Assembly (NCBI GenBank): GCA_049322915.1
Contig: JBMOPW010000020.1
Span: 1-64,000, forward strand
DNA from: Candidatus Zhuqueibacterota bacterium
GTDB taxonomy: Bacteria; Zhuqueibacterota; Zhuqueibacteria; Thermofontimicrobiales; Thermofontimicrobiaceae
Direction of reading: 5' to 3'
Length of the DNA stretch: 64,000 bases
Part shown: positions 9,406-19,296 of the stretch, piece by piece
How the letters are laid out: the number at the start of each line of letters is the position of its first letter
Position numbering within the stretch: position 1 is the first letter of the stretch
The notes under the pieces: model-generated
Seen by the model: only the letters and a program-made list of their open reading frames with translations
The model's database searches: none
Told to the model about the DNA's origin: nothing
Made by a program: the position numbers and the translations under genes

Positions 9406-10475
9406 GAATTCAAACTCCTCTCTTCGCTGCGCTGAGCAAGTTTCAGCATGTAGGCGACCAGCGCCAGTCCGATGATGAAGATGGCAAAGAACAATGCCAT
9501 CACGCTGTATTGCGGCGCCACTTTCAAATCGTCCATCGAAAAGATATCCTGCAGGTACAGGGAGCGGAGATTGACGCGGTTAATGACCATCAGCAGGGCG
9601 ATCACGATGAGATGGATCGCCGTGACCATAAATTTTCCGCGGAACGCGGTGTAGATCGCGCTGAGCGTCATCAGAAAGGCGACTAACAAGACCAGCGAAT
9701 AGAAGAGATTGCCGCCCATGAACGCCTTGATGAAATCCGATGGAATGGCCAACAAAAACCAGATGCCCACCAGCACCTGCGCCGACGTGGCCACAGCGAA
9801 AATCCGCAGGTAAAGTTTCACATTCTCGCCGGTGGCAATGACGTCCCTGAAATGCCAGACGCCAGCCATGAAAAGCGCGGCTACCGCGATGGATGCGGTG
9901 AGAAAATGCAGATACCTCGGCGCAAGCGTCGGGTCGCCTAAGTTCAGCAGGGTTCCGTTGCGGTTCGCGAAATAGTCCCCCCAATGTTCCGGCTGGACCA
10001 TCAGGGTCATGTTATTGACGTAGATGAACGAAATGTACAACAACAGCAGGCTGGTCACTCCGATGGCAGTAATGGCCAGGGAGCGCCGGAGCGAATAATT
10101 CTTCGCGTGGATATAGGCGCCGTAATAGGCGAGGATTAAAAACGGGATGATGAGAATCCAGTACACCGCCATCAGCACGGAACTGGAATAAATGAGATGG
10201 CCGTAAATCACCTGAACGAACAGCAGCGGCGCCACGCCAAAGGTAATGCCCAGCGCGAACAGCGAAGGCAGTTTCGCCGTGAGCGCGTCGTGCATGGCTT
10301 CGGTCGCCGGCGAGTTCGGCTTGCTCAGTTGTGAGAAAAACAGGATGAGACTGCCCCCAACCACCACATTGATGATCAAAATGTGGATGAGGAACGTGAC
10401 GATATCCAGCGCCAGAAACAGCCAGGCTGGCGCTGGAATGGTATCCGGCGTGGGTATGAGAGACGTGGGATTCAA
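9402..10475 (-). CDS. Multi-TM membrane protein, probable second subunit of the bd-like oxidase
   Basis: About 9 hydrophobic helices, conserved-looking His (FLIHIL, PRYLHF), GVAPLLF; 4-nt overlap with the CydA-like gene. Confidence 0.7.
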   Translation of the reverse strand: MNPTSLIPTPDTIPAPAWLFLALDIVTFLIHILIINVVVGGSLILFFSQLSKPNSPATEAMHDALTAKLPSLFALGITFGVAPLLFVQVIYGHLIYSSSVLMAVYWILIIPFLILAYYGAYIHAKNYSLRRSLAITAIGVTSLLLLYISFIYVNNMTLMVQPEHWGDYFANRNGTLLNLGDPTLAPRYLHFLTASIAVAALFMAGVWHFRDVIATGENVKLYLRIFAVATSAQVLVGIWFLLAIPSDFIKAFMGGNLFYSLVLLVAFLMTLSAIYTAFRGKFMVTAIHLIVIALLMVINRVNLRSLYLQDIFSMDDLKVAPQYSVMALFFAIFIIGLALVAYMLKLAQRSEERSLNS

Positions 10476-10593
10476 ATCTTCCTCCAGTCGAAAAATGAAT
10501 GGGTTGACTCAGGTTTCCGAATGAAACTGCCAGCCTCGCAGGCCCGGTCATGGCGGTGCTGGCGTCGAACGAGGCGATTCCCCGGCAACGGTG

Positions 10594-12468
10594 TTAGCCC
10601 GGTTTTTTGAAAAATTCATTCAGCTTGTCTTTGGCTTTGTCTTCGAGCTTTTTCTTCTCTTCTTCAATGCGCTTCTCCAGGTCTTTCTTTCGCTTCTCGA
10701 CGTCATCGACGCGGGACTGTACCTGTTGATTCAGCTTCTCCACTTCAGCGTATATTTTCTTTTTATTCTCGTCGACCAATGTCTCGACCTCTTTGCGGCG
10801 TTTATCGGCTTCCGCGCGAACATAGTCTTCGACCTGCTGCTGAGCCTGGCGCAGATTTTTCTCCAAGGTATTTTTGATCTGCTGGGAAAGCACTTTATCG
10901 ACATTGGAATTCATGCCCAGGGAATAATCCGAACCGGTCCCGTGCATCCGAGCCGATACCGTCACATCGGTCAGCGCGGAGAGCACTTCGCGCACAACCT
11001 GCGAGACCCTGTCCCTGGCTTCGGTTTCGTAGGAGAAAGTCACCGGTCTGGCTGCGACGTTCAGTTTGATGTCGATGGCGTCGCCGATGAAAAATCCGGA
11101 CAGGGCGACATCCCCCTTTTTGGCGCTGATCGTCCGCGGGAAATATTTGCTCTGTTTCAATTTCACTTCGCCCAGACCAAAGTTCGCAGCGGTGAGCCAG
11201 AGCGAATCGCGCATCACATCCGTGGTGTGATCGAGACTGCCGCTGATGTCATAGGCATTGCCCGAAATTTTTTTGACATTGACAGAGAAACGGGTCGGCC
11301 GCGCGTACAGGCCCGGCTCCGTGGTGAGACCGGTCAAATTGCCTTCCAGAAAATAGGCGCGCGAGGTATCCCCTGCCGCTGTGGCCGCAGAAAATTTCGC
11401 CGTTCGAAGGAGAAATTCCGGATAGCGGTAATGGAACGGGAACCGAATATCCTGACCCTTGAATCGCGGGGGACTGGCTTTCTTTTCGCTGTGCATGGCT
11501 TTCTGCGCGTACGGCAAATACTTGCGCCCCAGCGCCACATAGTCCAAAAGCTTCTCCGTCTGGTTGACGATCGGTTCGCCGAACAGGAGCAGGCTCACGT
11601 CCTTCACATCCAGATCGCGCAGTTGGGCCAACTGCTGCGCCCGTTTAATATCGTCCTGCACGCCGGATTTGGCCTCGGTCAGTTTCGTCTGTATATCCGT
11701 AAACGTGGTCGTCAATGCCGTGTACTTGCCTTCGACGTCGCCCTTCAGCGACTTGATCTCCTTCTGAATATCCGTCAGCTTTTTCAGCGCCTCGGTCAGC
11801 CCGGCAATGTCCTTGATATTGTCGATATTGAGCGATTTGATATTGGCTTCCAGCTTCGCCAGCCGTTCGGCGTAGGGCGTTGTGTCGGCCTGCTTCCCCC
11901 AATACTCGAATGTGCTATCCGAGAAGGCCTTCAGTTTCCTGTATTGCTGCACCGACTCCAGATTGTCCACATTCACCAGGGAATCGATTTTCAGCTTTTT
12001 GCCGAGGCCGGATAAATCGAATACCGGCATATCTTTCATCTGCTGCGCCAATGCTGTCTTAGCTTTCTCGGCGAATCCCGGTTCCTCGTCCGAAGGCGGT
12101 TCCGGTTTTTTCGGAATGAACCCGTCGCTGGTTCGCTTCGTCCCGGTGCGCAGATTTTCCAGCGCCATTTCTTTGATGATCACGCGTTTCCAGAACAGGG
12201 GCCGTGTCTCCAGCACAAACGAGGCGCGGCCGGTTTCCACAATGTTGTGCCAGGTATTGTTCTTGTCAGCCACCTGAAGCCGATCCCAGGAGCAGGTGAG
12301 TTTGAACAGGCTGAAGTGGAAGTGATCGATCTCGACTTTTGCGCCGGCGACGGATTGGCCGATGGACTCCACCGCCCGTTCCAGATAACGGTCGCGGGTG
12401 AAAAAGGCGAATACCGCGAAAATAATGATAATGACGACCAGTATAATGATTCCTTTTTTTCGCATCAT
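10594..12468 (-). CDS. TIGR03545-like protein (N-terminal TM anchor, coiled-coil)
   Basis: GAKVEI motif after the TM anchor, Lys/Glu-rich C-terminal coil, paired with a TIGR03546-like gene. Confidence 0.7.
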   Translation of the reverse strand: MMRKKGIIILVVIIIIFAVFAFFTRDRYLERAVESIGQSVAGAKVEIDHFHFSLFKLTCSWDRLQVADKNNTWHNIVETGRASFVLETRPLFWKRVIIKEMALENLRTGTKRTSDGFIPKKPEPPSDEEPGFAEKAKTALAQQMKDMPVFDLSGLGKKLKIDSLVNVDNLESVQQYRKLKAFSDSTFEYWGKQADTTPYAERLAKLEANIKSLNIDNIKDIAGLTEALKKLTDIQKEIKSLKGDVEGKYTALTTTFTDIQTKLTEAKSGVQDDIKRAQQLAQLRDLDVKDVSLLLFGEPIVNQTEKLLDYVALGRKYLPYAQKAMHSEKKASPPRFKGQDIRFPFHYRYPEFLLRTAKFSAATAAGDTSRAYFLEGNLTGLTTEPGLYARPTRFSVNVKKISGNAYDISGSLDHTTDVMRDSLWLTAANFGLGEVKLKQSKYFPRTISAKKGDVALSGFFIGDAIDIKLNVAARPVTFSYETEARDRVSQVVREVLSALTDVTVSARMHGTGSDYSLGMNSNVDKVLSQQIKNTLEKNLRQAQQQVEDYVRAEADKRRKEVETLVDENKKKIYAEVEKLNQQVQSRVDDVEKRKKDLEKRIEEEKKKLEDKAKDKLNEFFKKPG

Positions 12469-12989
12469 TCACCTCCGAAGTCTCGAATTTTTTCATAGAG
12501 TTGCACGAGCTTGCTGCCCTTAATGACCTGAACGATCTTCCACTTTTTGACCCGTTCTTCCAGCCTGGTGCGGTAGACGACGACGAATTTCTTCATCCCC
12601 CAGAATAGCGGCAGGAAGAGCGCCAGTCCGCCGATGAAACTGCCCATCACCACGGTGTTGTTGAATCGGGTGAGCGGCGCCACCGGCATGTTGTACAGCG
12701 ATTCCCATATCCGATGCAGCGCCGGCAGCGTCAGCACAAAATGGCCGATGCTGTGAAACAGCGGATCCAGCAGATAGGCGCACATGCCGGCTAAAAGGAT
12801 GGCCACGGTTCCGGCGGCAAGGTTGATGTTCAATAGAATCAGCAGGAAAAACAGAACCAGTCCCTGCAGCGACCAGAACGGGATCAATCCGATGAAAAAT
12901 CCCAGGGCAAACCCTGCGGCAATTTGTCCGGGAGATTCCCCGGATCGGAATGCCTTGATGAATTTTGAGATAACTTTTATCCAGATCAT
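12465..12989 (-). CDS. TIGR03546-like / DUF2062 membrane protein
   Basis: SPGQIAAGFALG, DPLFHSIG, TRFNNTVVMGS; ATGA overlap with the downstream gene. Confidence 0.8.
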   Translation of the reverse strand: MIWIKVISKFIKAFRSGESPGQIAAGFALGFFIGLIPFWSLQGLVLFFLLILLNINLAAGTVAILLAGMCAYLLDPLFHSIGHFVLTLPALHRIWESLYNMPVAPLTRFNNTVVMGSFIGGLALFLPLFWGMKKFVVVYRTRLEERVKKWKIVQVIKGSKLVQLYEKIRDFGGE

Positions 12990-13462
12990 ATTTCGATCCT
13001 GATTTAATGAGTTGTTGCCGGGTGATTTAGGGTGAAGTCAATGATTACTGTTCAGTCAAGTCAGTCTAAAATTGGAGTACGATTCCTTTTTGCATCGCGT
13101 ATGAACATTCTGTCAAGGGAATCCGCTCCGATAAAATTTTTCTGGTGTATAAATTCCCGCAACCTGACTCAGCAGTCCTCGTTTTTGATTTTCAATGGTA
13201 AATTTGAAGCATGACAATGGAAATCGTGAGTCCTTCTGCCCGTGGGACAATGGATAACAATGGTGAAAATATAGCTGAAATTCCATGAAAAGTCAAGTTA
13301 TTTTTGAACAATAATAACAGGTTAGACTCAGGCATCCGGACCACAGATTGTCCGTTGACGGCTCACATCCCGGTCAGTCTCTGCGCCGTGCGCATCTCAA
13401 AATTTCCATTGTTTTTTTTATCCGGCAGCGATATATTGAAAGTACACGTACGAGGTAAAATC

Positions 13463-14632
13463 ATGACTGAAAAAAAACTATCAGACGCTGAAGCGATCCA
13501 TCGCCGGGCAACCATTGTGGACTTGCACGCCCATGCATCGTTGAAAGTGTCGCTGTTCCGGCGCGTCCTGACGGTCTCCATCGACGCCAGTCGCTCGTTC
13601 AATCCGTTTGCCATGCGGACGGATTTCATCAAGCAGCGCAAAGGCGGCATCGATGTGTACCTGTCCACGGTCTATGCGCCGGAGCGGGGGATTTACGAGG
13701 AATGTCATTTCATCAAAATCATGAAATATCTGATGCCGCTCACGTGGCGGAAAATTTACGGTCAGTCCTATTTCGACGCAGCCACCATGATGCTGGATGA
13801 AATGGAGAAAGCGGTTCAGAAGGCAAAGGATCCGGTGACTGGCGCTGCGGTCGCGCAGGTCGTCCGTTCTGTGGACGAATTGGACGCGCTGCTCGCCCGT
13901 CCGGAAGCCGGGCGGCCCATCGCGGTCATTCACAATCTCGAGGGCGCCCATTGCCTGGATGGCAGAGTGGATCATCTCGACGACTTCTTCACTCGCGGCG
14001 TCGCCTATCTCACCCTGGCCCACTTTTACGCCAACGATGCGGCCAATCCCTGTTTCCCGTATCCGGAGAGCATCCAGAAATTCGGCTGCTACCGCGGCAG
14101 CCGCGATCTGTCCCTCGGTCTGGGCAAAATTGGCGAGCAGGTGGTTGAACGGATGGTCGAATTGGGCATGATCATCGACATCACCCATTGCACGCCGCCA
14201 GCGAGGCGAAGGGTGTACGACATCGTTGCTGGCCGCGCCCCGGTGTTTGCGTCGCACATCGGAGCGTACGAGGTGAATCCCAATCCCTATAATTTGAAGG
14301 ACTGGGAGATAAAAACAATCGCCGACGCCGGCGGGGTGGTCGGCGTGATTTTCATGAATTACTGGCTGATGCCCCATGTGACCCGGCGCGGATTGGATTT
14401 CATCACCAAGACCATCAATCACATCATCCGGATTGGGGGCGTCGACTCAGCCGCGATTGGCAGTGATTTCGATGGTTTCACCGACCCGCCCGATGATCTG
14501 AAGGACGCTGCCGGCATGTTGAATCTGACGCAGCGATTGCTGGCCGAGCAGTACAGCGAGGAGCAGATCAATAAAATTTTGGGCGAAAATGCGCTGCGCA
14601 TGATTCGTCAGGGATGGGGCAAACGACGGTGA
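13463..14632 (+). CDS. Membrane dipeptidase (peptidase M19 family)
   Basis: DLHAH, LEGAH, DITH, ASH, IGSDFDG; GAGG before ATG 13463. Confidence 0.9.
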   Translation: MTEKKLSDAEAIHRRATIVDLHAHASLKVSLFRRVLTVSIDASRSFNPFAMRTDFIKQRKGGIDVYLSTVYAPERGIYEECHFIKIMKYLMPLTWRKIYGQSYFDAATMMLDEMEKAVQKAKDPVTGAAVAQVVRSVDELDALLARPEAGRPIAVIHNLEGAHCLDGRVDHLDDFFTRGVAYLTLAHFYANDAANPCFPYPESIQKFGCYRGSRDLSLGLGKIGEQVVERMVELGMIIDITHCTPPARRRVYDIVAGRAPVFASHIGAYEVNPNPYNLKDWEIKTIADAGGVVGVIFMNYWLMPHVTRRGLDFITKTINHIIRIGGVDSAAIGSDFDGFTDPPDDLKDAAGMLNLTQRLLAEQYSEEQINKILGENALRMIRQGWGKRR

Positions 14633-14680
14633 AATCGCAAATGCGGGTGATTCAGAGACAGGATAAGTCGGGAGCCCGGT

Positions 14681-17005
14681 TCATGCCTGCTGCGCCGCAT
14701 TGACGGAAACGACCGTGACCTGTTCAATGGCTCTGAAAAGACTTTCCGGCTCGACCGGTTTGGTCAGGAAGTCATTCATGCCAAATGAGAGACATTTGTC
14801 CCTGTCAGATTTGGACGCATGCGCGGTGAGCGCAATGATGGGAATTTCCGGATCGATGGCCGGGACGCTGCCGCTGCGTATTCTGCGGGTTGTCTCGAAG
14901 CCGTCCATTTCCGGCATTTGAATATCCATAAGAATCAGATCGATGTGACTGTTCCGGGTCAGAATATCCAGCGCTTCCACGCCGTTGTTGGCAATCAGTG
15001 TCTGGTGTCCGACATTTACAAGTATCATGGACGTGACTTTTTGGTTGATGATATTGTCTTCCACAATCAGGATGGTGTAGTTCTTTTTCTCAAGGACGAC
15101 GACAGCCGGCTCCTGTGGCTCAACTGCCTGTTTCAATTCAACCTTATCTACATTGATGGTGAAATGGAACGTACTGCCACGGTCGGTTTCGCTCTCAACC
15201 CGGATTTCGCCGCCCATCAGGTGTATCAATTTCCTGGAAATGGAAAGACCAATGCCTGTGCCGCCATACCGCCGGGTGAACGTGCCATCAACCTGGTAGA
15301 AACAATCGAAAATAAATTCAACCTTGTCTTTGGGAATGCCGATGCCAGTGTCCGCGATGGAGAATTGCAGGACAATCTGGTCAATGTTGCATTTCCTCGA
15401 AATGACGTTTTTGCGGAATTCGTCCGGAAGGTCGACTGAAAAGGTGATGGTTCCGCGTTCAGTGAATTTGAGCGAGTTGTCCAGCAATTCCTGAAATATT
15501 TGTTTGAGCCGGACTGCGTCGCCCTTCACGAGCAGAGGCACATCCGGATTGATTTGGCAGAGGATGTCGATTCGCTTCAACTGGGCTTTGGGTCGGAAGT
15601 TATCCAGCGTTTCCTCAATGAGTTGTTTGAGGTTGAAATTCACCGGCGCTAATCCCAGGTTCTGGTTTTCGATGTCGGTGAAGTCCAGCAGCTTGTTGAG
15701 CAGATCGAGCAGTTCGGCGGCCGAGGCTCTGGCGGTCTTCAAAAAGTCCTGTTGCTTGCCGGACATCGAGGTCAGCGCCAGTTCCAGCATGCCCACAATG
15801 CCGTTCATGGGCGTGCGGAGCTCGTGGCTCATATTGGCGAGGAATTGGCTCTTCACGCGATTGGCGGATTCTGCAGCAAGCTTCGCTTTTTCCAGCGCCT
15901 CGCTCGTGAGTTTGATTCGCGTGATGTCCCTGGAAATGCCGACAATTTTATCCAGTTCCCCGGCGTCATTCAGAATCGGCACTTTCGTCATGGACACCCA
16001 GCGGCTATTGCCGTTGGGCAGGGTTTCATTCTCGATTTTCCCGATGATGGGCTGTTTCGTCGCCCGGATGTATTCATCGTCCAGGAACGACTTTTCAGCG
16101 AATTCCCGCGTGAATATCTCGTAGTCAGTCTTGCCCAGAATATCTTCCTGCGCATTCACCCCCGGCAATGATGTGAACGCTTTGTTGATGCGAATATACT
16201 GCTTGGCTTTGTCTTTGAAATAGATCAGATCCGGGATATTGTCCAGCAGGGACTGAAGCAAATCCCGCTCGGACTTGAGGGCATCTCTCATGAAGGCGCT
16301 TTCCAGGACTCCTTTGGAAAGCGACGTGGTCATCAGCAAAATCAGGCCCAGATACGAATATTCGAACAGATAGATGGAACTGTAATATTGTTTATACACG
16401 GCGTAATCGTTGGAAGCTGCCAGTACGAGCAGGGCGAAGGATAGGAAAAATGGAAACGTTTTCCGCTTGCTGCGATGGAGGAGATATGTTTTTACCGTGG
16501 CGATGGCCAGAAAAATGAGCACGGAAAAAATGGAGGTCATGCTGAGCAGGTCGGTAACCGGCCCGCCTTTTATTTCGTTATAGACAATTTCAACGTCAAA
16601 AGGCAGATGAACCGTTTTCACCATCGGGTGATCGAATTGCCAGGAGAGCGGACTGCTATCGAACAGAGTGAAGACGCAGGCTGAAACGATGATGGCGGAA
16701 AAAATTCTCAAGGGAATTTTCCTGCCCACGTTCACATATTCGTGGATGAACCAGATGAGCAGCAACGCGCCCATGCTGTAAAAAAATGGCTGCTTGGATT
16801 GCCAGAAGCTGCCCTCGGCAACGGTTGATGAATTATAAAGAAAGGCTATGACAATGTCGTTCATCCCGATAAAGAAACATGCAAGCGCAAAGGCCAGGTC
16901 CTTGCGATACTTGACGCCACCTTTGAAATAGATGATCAGGTGGTAAAGCCCGATGTAAAATGACAGGGTAGCGATGATCAGCGGTGGCAGCGCGATTGTT
17001 TTCAT
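14681..17005 (-). CDS. Hybrid sensor histidine kinase (multi-TM, PAS, HisKA, HATPase, receiver)
   Basis: About 7 TM helices, PAS (DNIPDLIYFKD), FLANMSHELRTP, DTGIG, GTGIGL, LMDIQMPEMDG; start uncertain (ORF open to 17122). Confidence 0.9.
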   Translation of the reverse strand: MKTIALPPLIIATLSFYIGLYHLIIYFKGGVKYRKDLAFALACFFIGMNDIVIAFLYNSSTVAEGSFWQSKQPFFYSMGALLLIWFIHEYVNVGRKIPLRIFSAIIVSACVFTLFDSSPLSWQFDHPMVKTVHLPFDVEIVYNEIKGGPVTDLLSMTSIFSVLIFLAIATVKTYLLHRSKRKTFPFFLSFALLVLAASNDYAVYKQYYSSIYLFEYSYLGLILLMTTSLSKGVLESAFMRDALKSERDLLQSLLDNIPDLIYFKDKAKQYIRINKAFTSLPGVNAQEDILGKTDYEIFTREFAEKSFLDDEYIRATKQPIIGKIENETLPNGNSRWVSMTKVPILNDAGELDKIVGISRDITRIKLTSEALEKAKLAAESANRVKSQFLANMSHELRTPMNGIVGMLELALTSMSGKQQDFLKTARASAAELLDLLNKLLDFTDIENQNLGLAPVNFNLKQLIEETLDNFRPKAQLKRIDILCQINPDVPLLVKGDAVRLKQIFQELLDNSLKFTERGTITFSVDLPDEFRKNVISRKCNIDQIVLQFSIADTGIGIPKDKVEFIFDCFYQVDGTFTRRYGGTGIGLSISRKLIHLMGGEIRVESETDRGSTFHFTINVDKVELKQAVEPQEPAVVVLEKKNYTILIVEDNIINQKVTSMILVNVGHQTLIANNGVEALDILTRNSHIDLILMDIQMPEMDGFETTRRIRSGSVPAIDPEIPIIALTAHASKSDRDKCLSFGMNDFLTKPVEPESLFRAIEQVTVVSVNAAQQA

Positions 17006-17493
17006 AAGGGCACTGTGTGCGTTGTTGTTCACCGAAACGATGAAATGGAAAATTGACCGACAGAAATTGAATTTTGTACGCCTGGCGCCCATGCGCCAAT
17101 TCTGTCGGGAACGGCTAATCAAGGCGCGCCACAGATCCTTTGCATTCGGAATGGAGAAGCAAATTTGTCCCGGTCAGCGCGCTTTAATGTATTCTAATAT
17201 CGGAAGTAAAGGTAATTTCTTGATTCAAATTTTTCACAGACCCATTGCAGGTCACGCCCGGCAAAAAGATTGATCCGCCGTAAGTCTGCCAGCTAAATTG
17301 AGCGATTGGCTTTTGGCGTTAACAACAAAAACTATTAACCTTGATTTGAAGTTTCTCATACAAAATCAGGTTCGTTGATATTTGACGAATCGCTTGCACT
17401 ATTCAGGTTTAAAATTTAAAAGTTCCCGGTTCAAGGTTTACGAGAGAAAAGATGTTACTATTTGGCAATTACTCAGCTTCCGTATTCCAGAAG

Positions 17494-17759
17494 GTAACCG
17501 ATCACAGGGATTGAATGTTGTCAGGAGTTTTATTGACAGGATAACAGGATCGAAAGGATTTACAGGATAAATTTCTGGCTTTTATGTCTAATAAACATAG
17601 ACAATGGCTTCTCTGATAGCCTTGCCTGTTTCTTGAACAAAGATCACTTGACTATCAGACCCGTGCCTTGATCAACGAGACAAAAACCTAGATCAATTAT
17701 CATGTCCATCCTTAACATCCTGTTATCCTGTCAGCTTTTGCATCCCTGTGATCGGTTAC
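17494..17759. mobile_element. Composite MITE: 18-bp perfect TIRs enclosing an ACAGGAT-family hairpin
   Basis: GTAACCGATCACAGGGAT (17494-17511) / ATCCCTGTGATCGGTTAC (17742-17759); direct repeat TCCAGAAG at 17486-17493 and 17760-17767; inner 17-bp perfect IR 17534-17550 / 17717-17733. Confidence 0.85.
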
Positions 17760-17973
17760 TCCAGAAGCCGCTGAAGCGGTTGGTACAATGTTGAACCAGC
17801 GCCATGCTTCAGCATGGTGATATTTTGAACGCTGAACCAGACAACCTGCATGGCAACCGGGGGCTTGTATGTAACGCACTATTATTTCGTTAGCTGAGCG
17901 CTGCACGCTGACCGCTTATTTTACGTACCAATTAATTCACTGAGTACAAAGGAAGGTTGAAAGGAGAAAAGGA

Positions 17974-19212
17974 ATGAGTCCACTCACCGAAGAGAAGCAG
18001 ACGATTAAAGCGATGATTGCCGATGGCCGAAGCAGAGGCGTCGGCTATTTTTATCTGGAAGATGAGCGATTCACCGGCCGAACGATTCGCATGGCCGGAC
18101 GCGATGTCCTGAACTTCGGAAATTGCAGCTATCTGGGCCTGGAAATTCACCCGGATGTGAAACAGGGTGTCATCGATGCTGCGGAGCGACATGGCTCTCT
18201 GCTGTCGAATTCCCGGTCCTACTTCTCATCCCGGCTGTATCGAGAGCTGGAACAGCACCTGGCGCTGATCTTTCCCGGCTTTCAGGTGGTAAGCACCACC
18301 ACAACGCTCGGCCACTGCTCAGTCCTGCCGCTGATGATCGAGGCGGGCGATGCGATTATTTTGGATCAATACGCCCACAACAGCCTGCGCATGGCCGCCA
18401 TGCTGTGCAAGGCAAATGGCACGGAATTGGTCACCTGCCGCCACAATGACATGAACCATTTGCTACAGGTTTTTCGCCGGCAGCATGGAAAAGGCGCGCG
18501 CAATGTCTGGTATGTGGGCGATGGCGTGTACAGCATGCAGGGCAATAAGCTCAACATCGCGGAGCTGCTGGCATTGTTGAATGAGCATGAGCGCCTTTTT
18601 GCCTACATCGATGACGCCCACGGGATGAGCTGGACCGGGGCCAAGGGCGCCGGTTTCATTCTCGGGCATTATGGGATTCACCCCAAAATGATCGTGGCGA
18701 TTTCCATGTGCAAATCATTTGCTGCCTTTGGCGGCGTCATCATTTTTCCTGATGCGGAGTGGGCGGACCTGGTCCGGCTGCTGGGTCAATCGCTCATCTT
18801 CTCTGCGCCCATTCCGCCGCCAATTCTGGGCGCTGCCATTGCTTCGGCAAAAATCCATCTGTCCGACATGTTGCCGCAATACCAGGACGAATTGCTGGAG
18901 CGAATCGTCCGTTTCCGCGAAGGATGCATGCAGAAGGGCATCCCCCTGGGCACCCGGGACGTCACCCCGATCCAATTCATCGAAGTCGGCGATAACCGCG
19001 CTGTGTACGCATTGCTGGAAAAGCTGATCGAAAGCGGCATTTTTGTCACTGCTGCTATTTACCCGGCCATGCCGAAAAAACACGGCGGCATCAGGGTGAA
19101 CATCACCCGACATCTTTCGTTCGAGGACATCGACTATCTGGTGGACAGGATCAGGGTGGTTGCTGTGGATCAGTATCGCTTTGTCACGGAGCACGGGCAG
19201 AAAATCGATTGA
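17974..19212 (+). CDS. PLP-dependent class II aminotransferase (alpha-oxoamine synthase, BioF/SPT/CqsA superfamily)
   Basis: NFGNCSYLGL, DQYAHNS, HNDM, DGVYSMQG, DDAHG, PLP Lys in MCKSF. Confidence 0.85.
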   Translation: MSPLTEEKQTIKAMIADGRSRGVGYFYLEDERFTGRTIRMAGRDVLNFGNCSYLGLEIHPDVKQGVIDAAERHGSLLSNSRSYFSSRLYRELEQHLALIFPGFQVVSTTTTLGHCSVLPLMIEAGDAIILDQYAHNSLRMAAMLCKANGTELVTCRHNDMNHLLQVFRRQHGKGARNVWYVGDGVYSMQGNKLNIAELLALLNEHERLFAYIDDAHGMSWTGAKGAGFILGHYGIHPKMIVAISMCKSFAAFGGVIIFPDAEWADLVRLLGQSLIFSAPIPPPILGAAIASAKIHLSDMLPQYQDELLERIVRFREGCMQKGIPLGTRDVTPIQFIEVGDNRAVYALLEKLIESGIFVTAAIYPAMPKKHGGIRVNITRHLSFEDIDYLVDRIRVVAVDQYRFVTEHGQKID

Positions 19213-19262
19213 GGGACACCGCCGGACATGGATATTCATTTGAACCGGCGCGCGACAGCCAT

Positions 19263-19291
19263 AGCCCGCATCTCAACGGACGCGGGCTTTT
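19263..19291 (+). terminator. Intrinsic terminator between convergent genes
   Basis: AGCCCGC...GCGGGCT stem followed by a short T run. Confidence 0.55.
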
Positions 19292-19296
19292 GCTAC

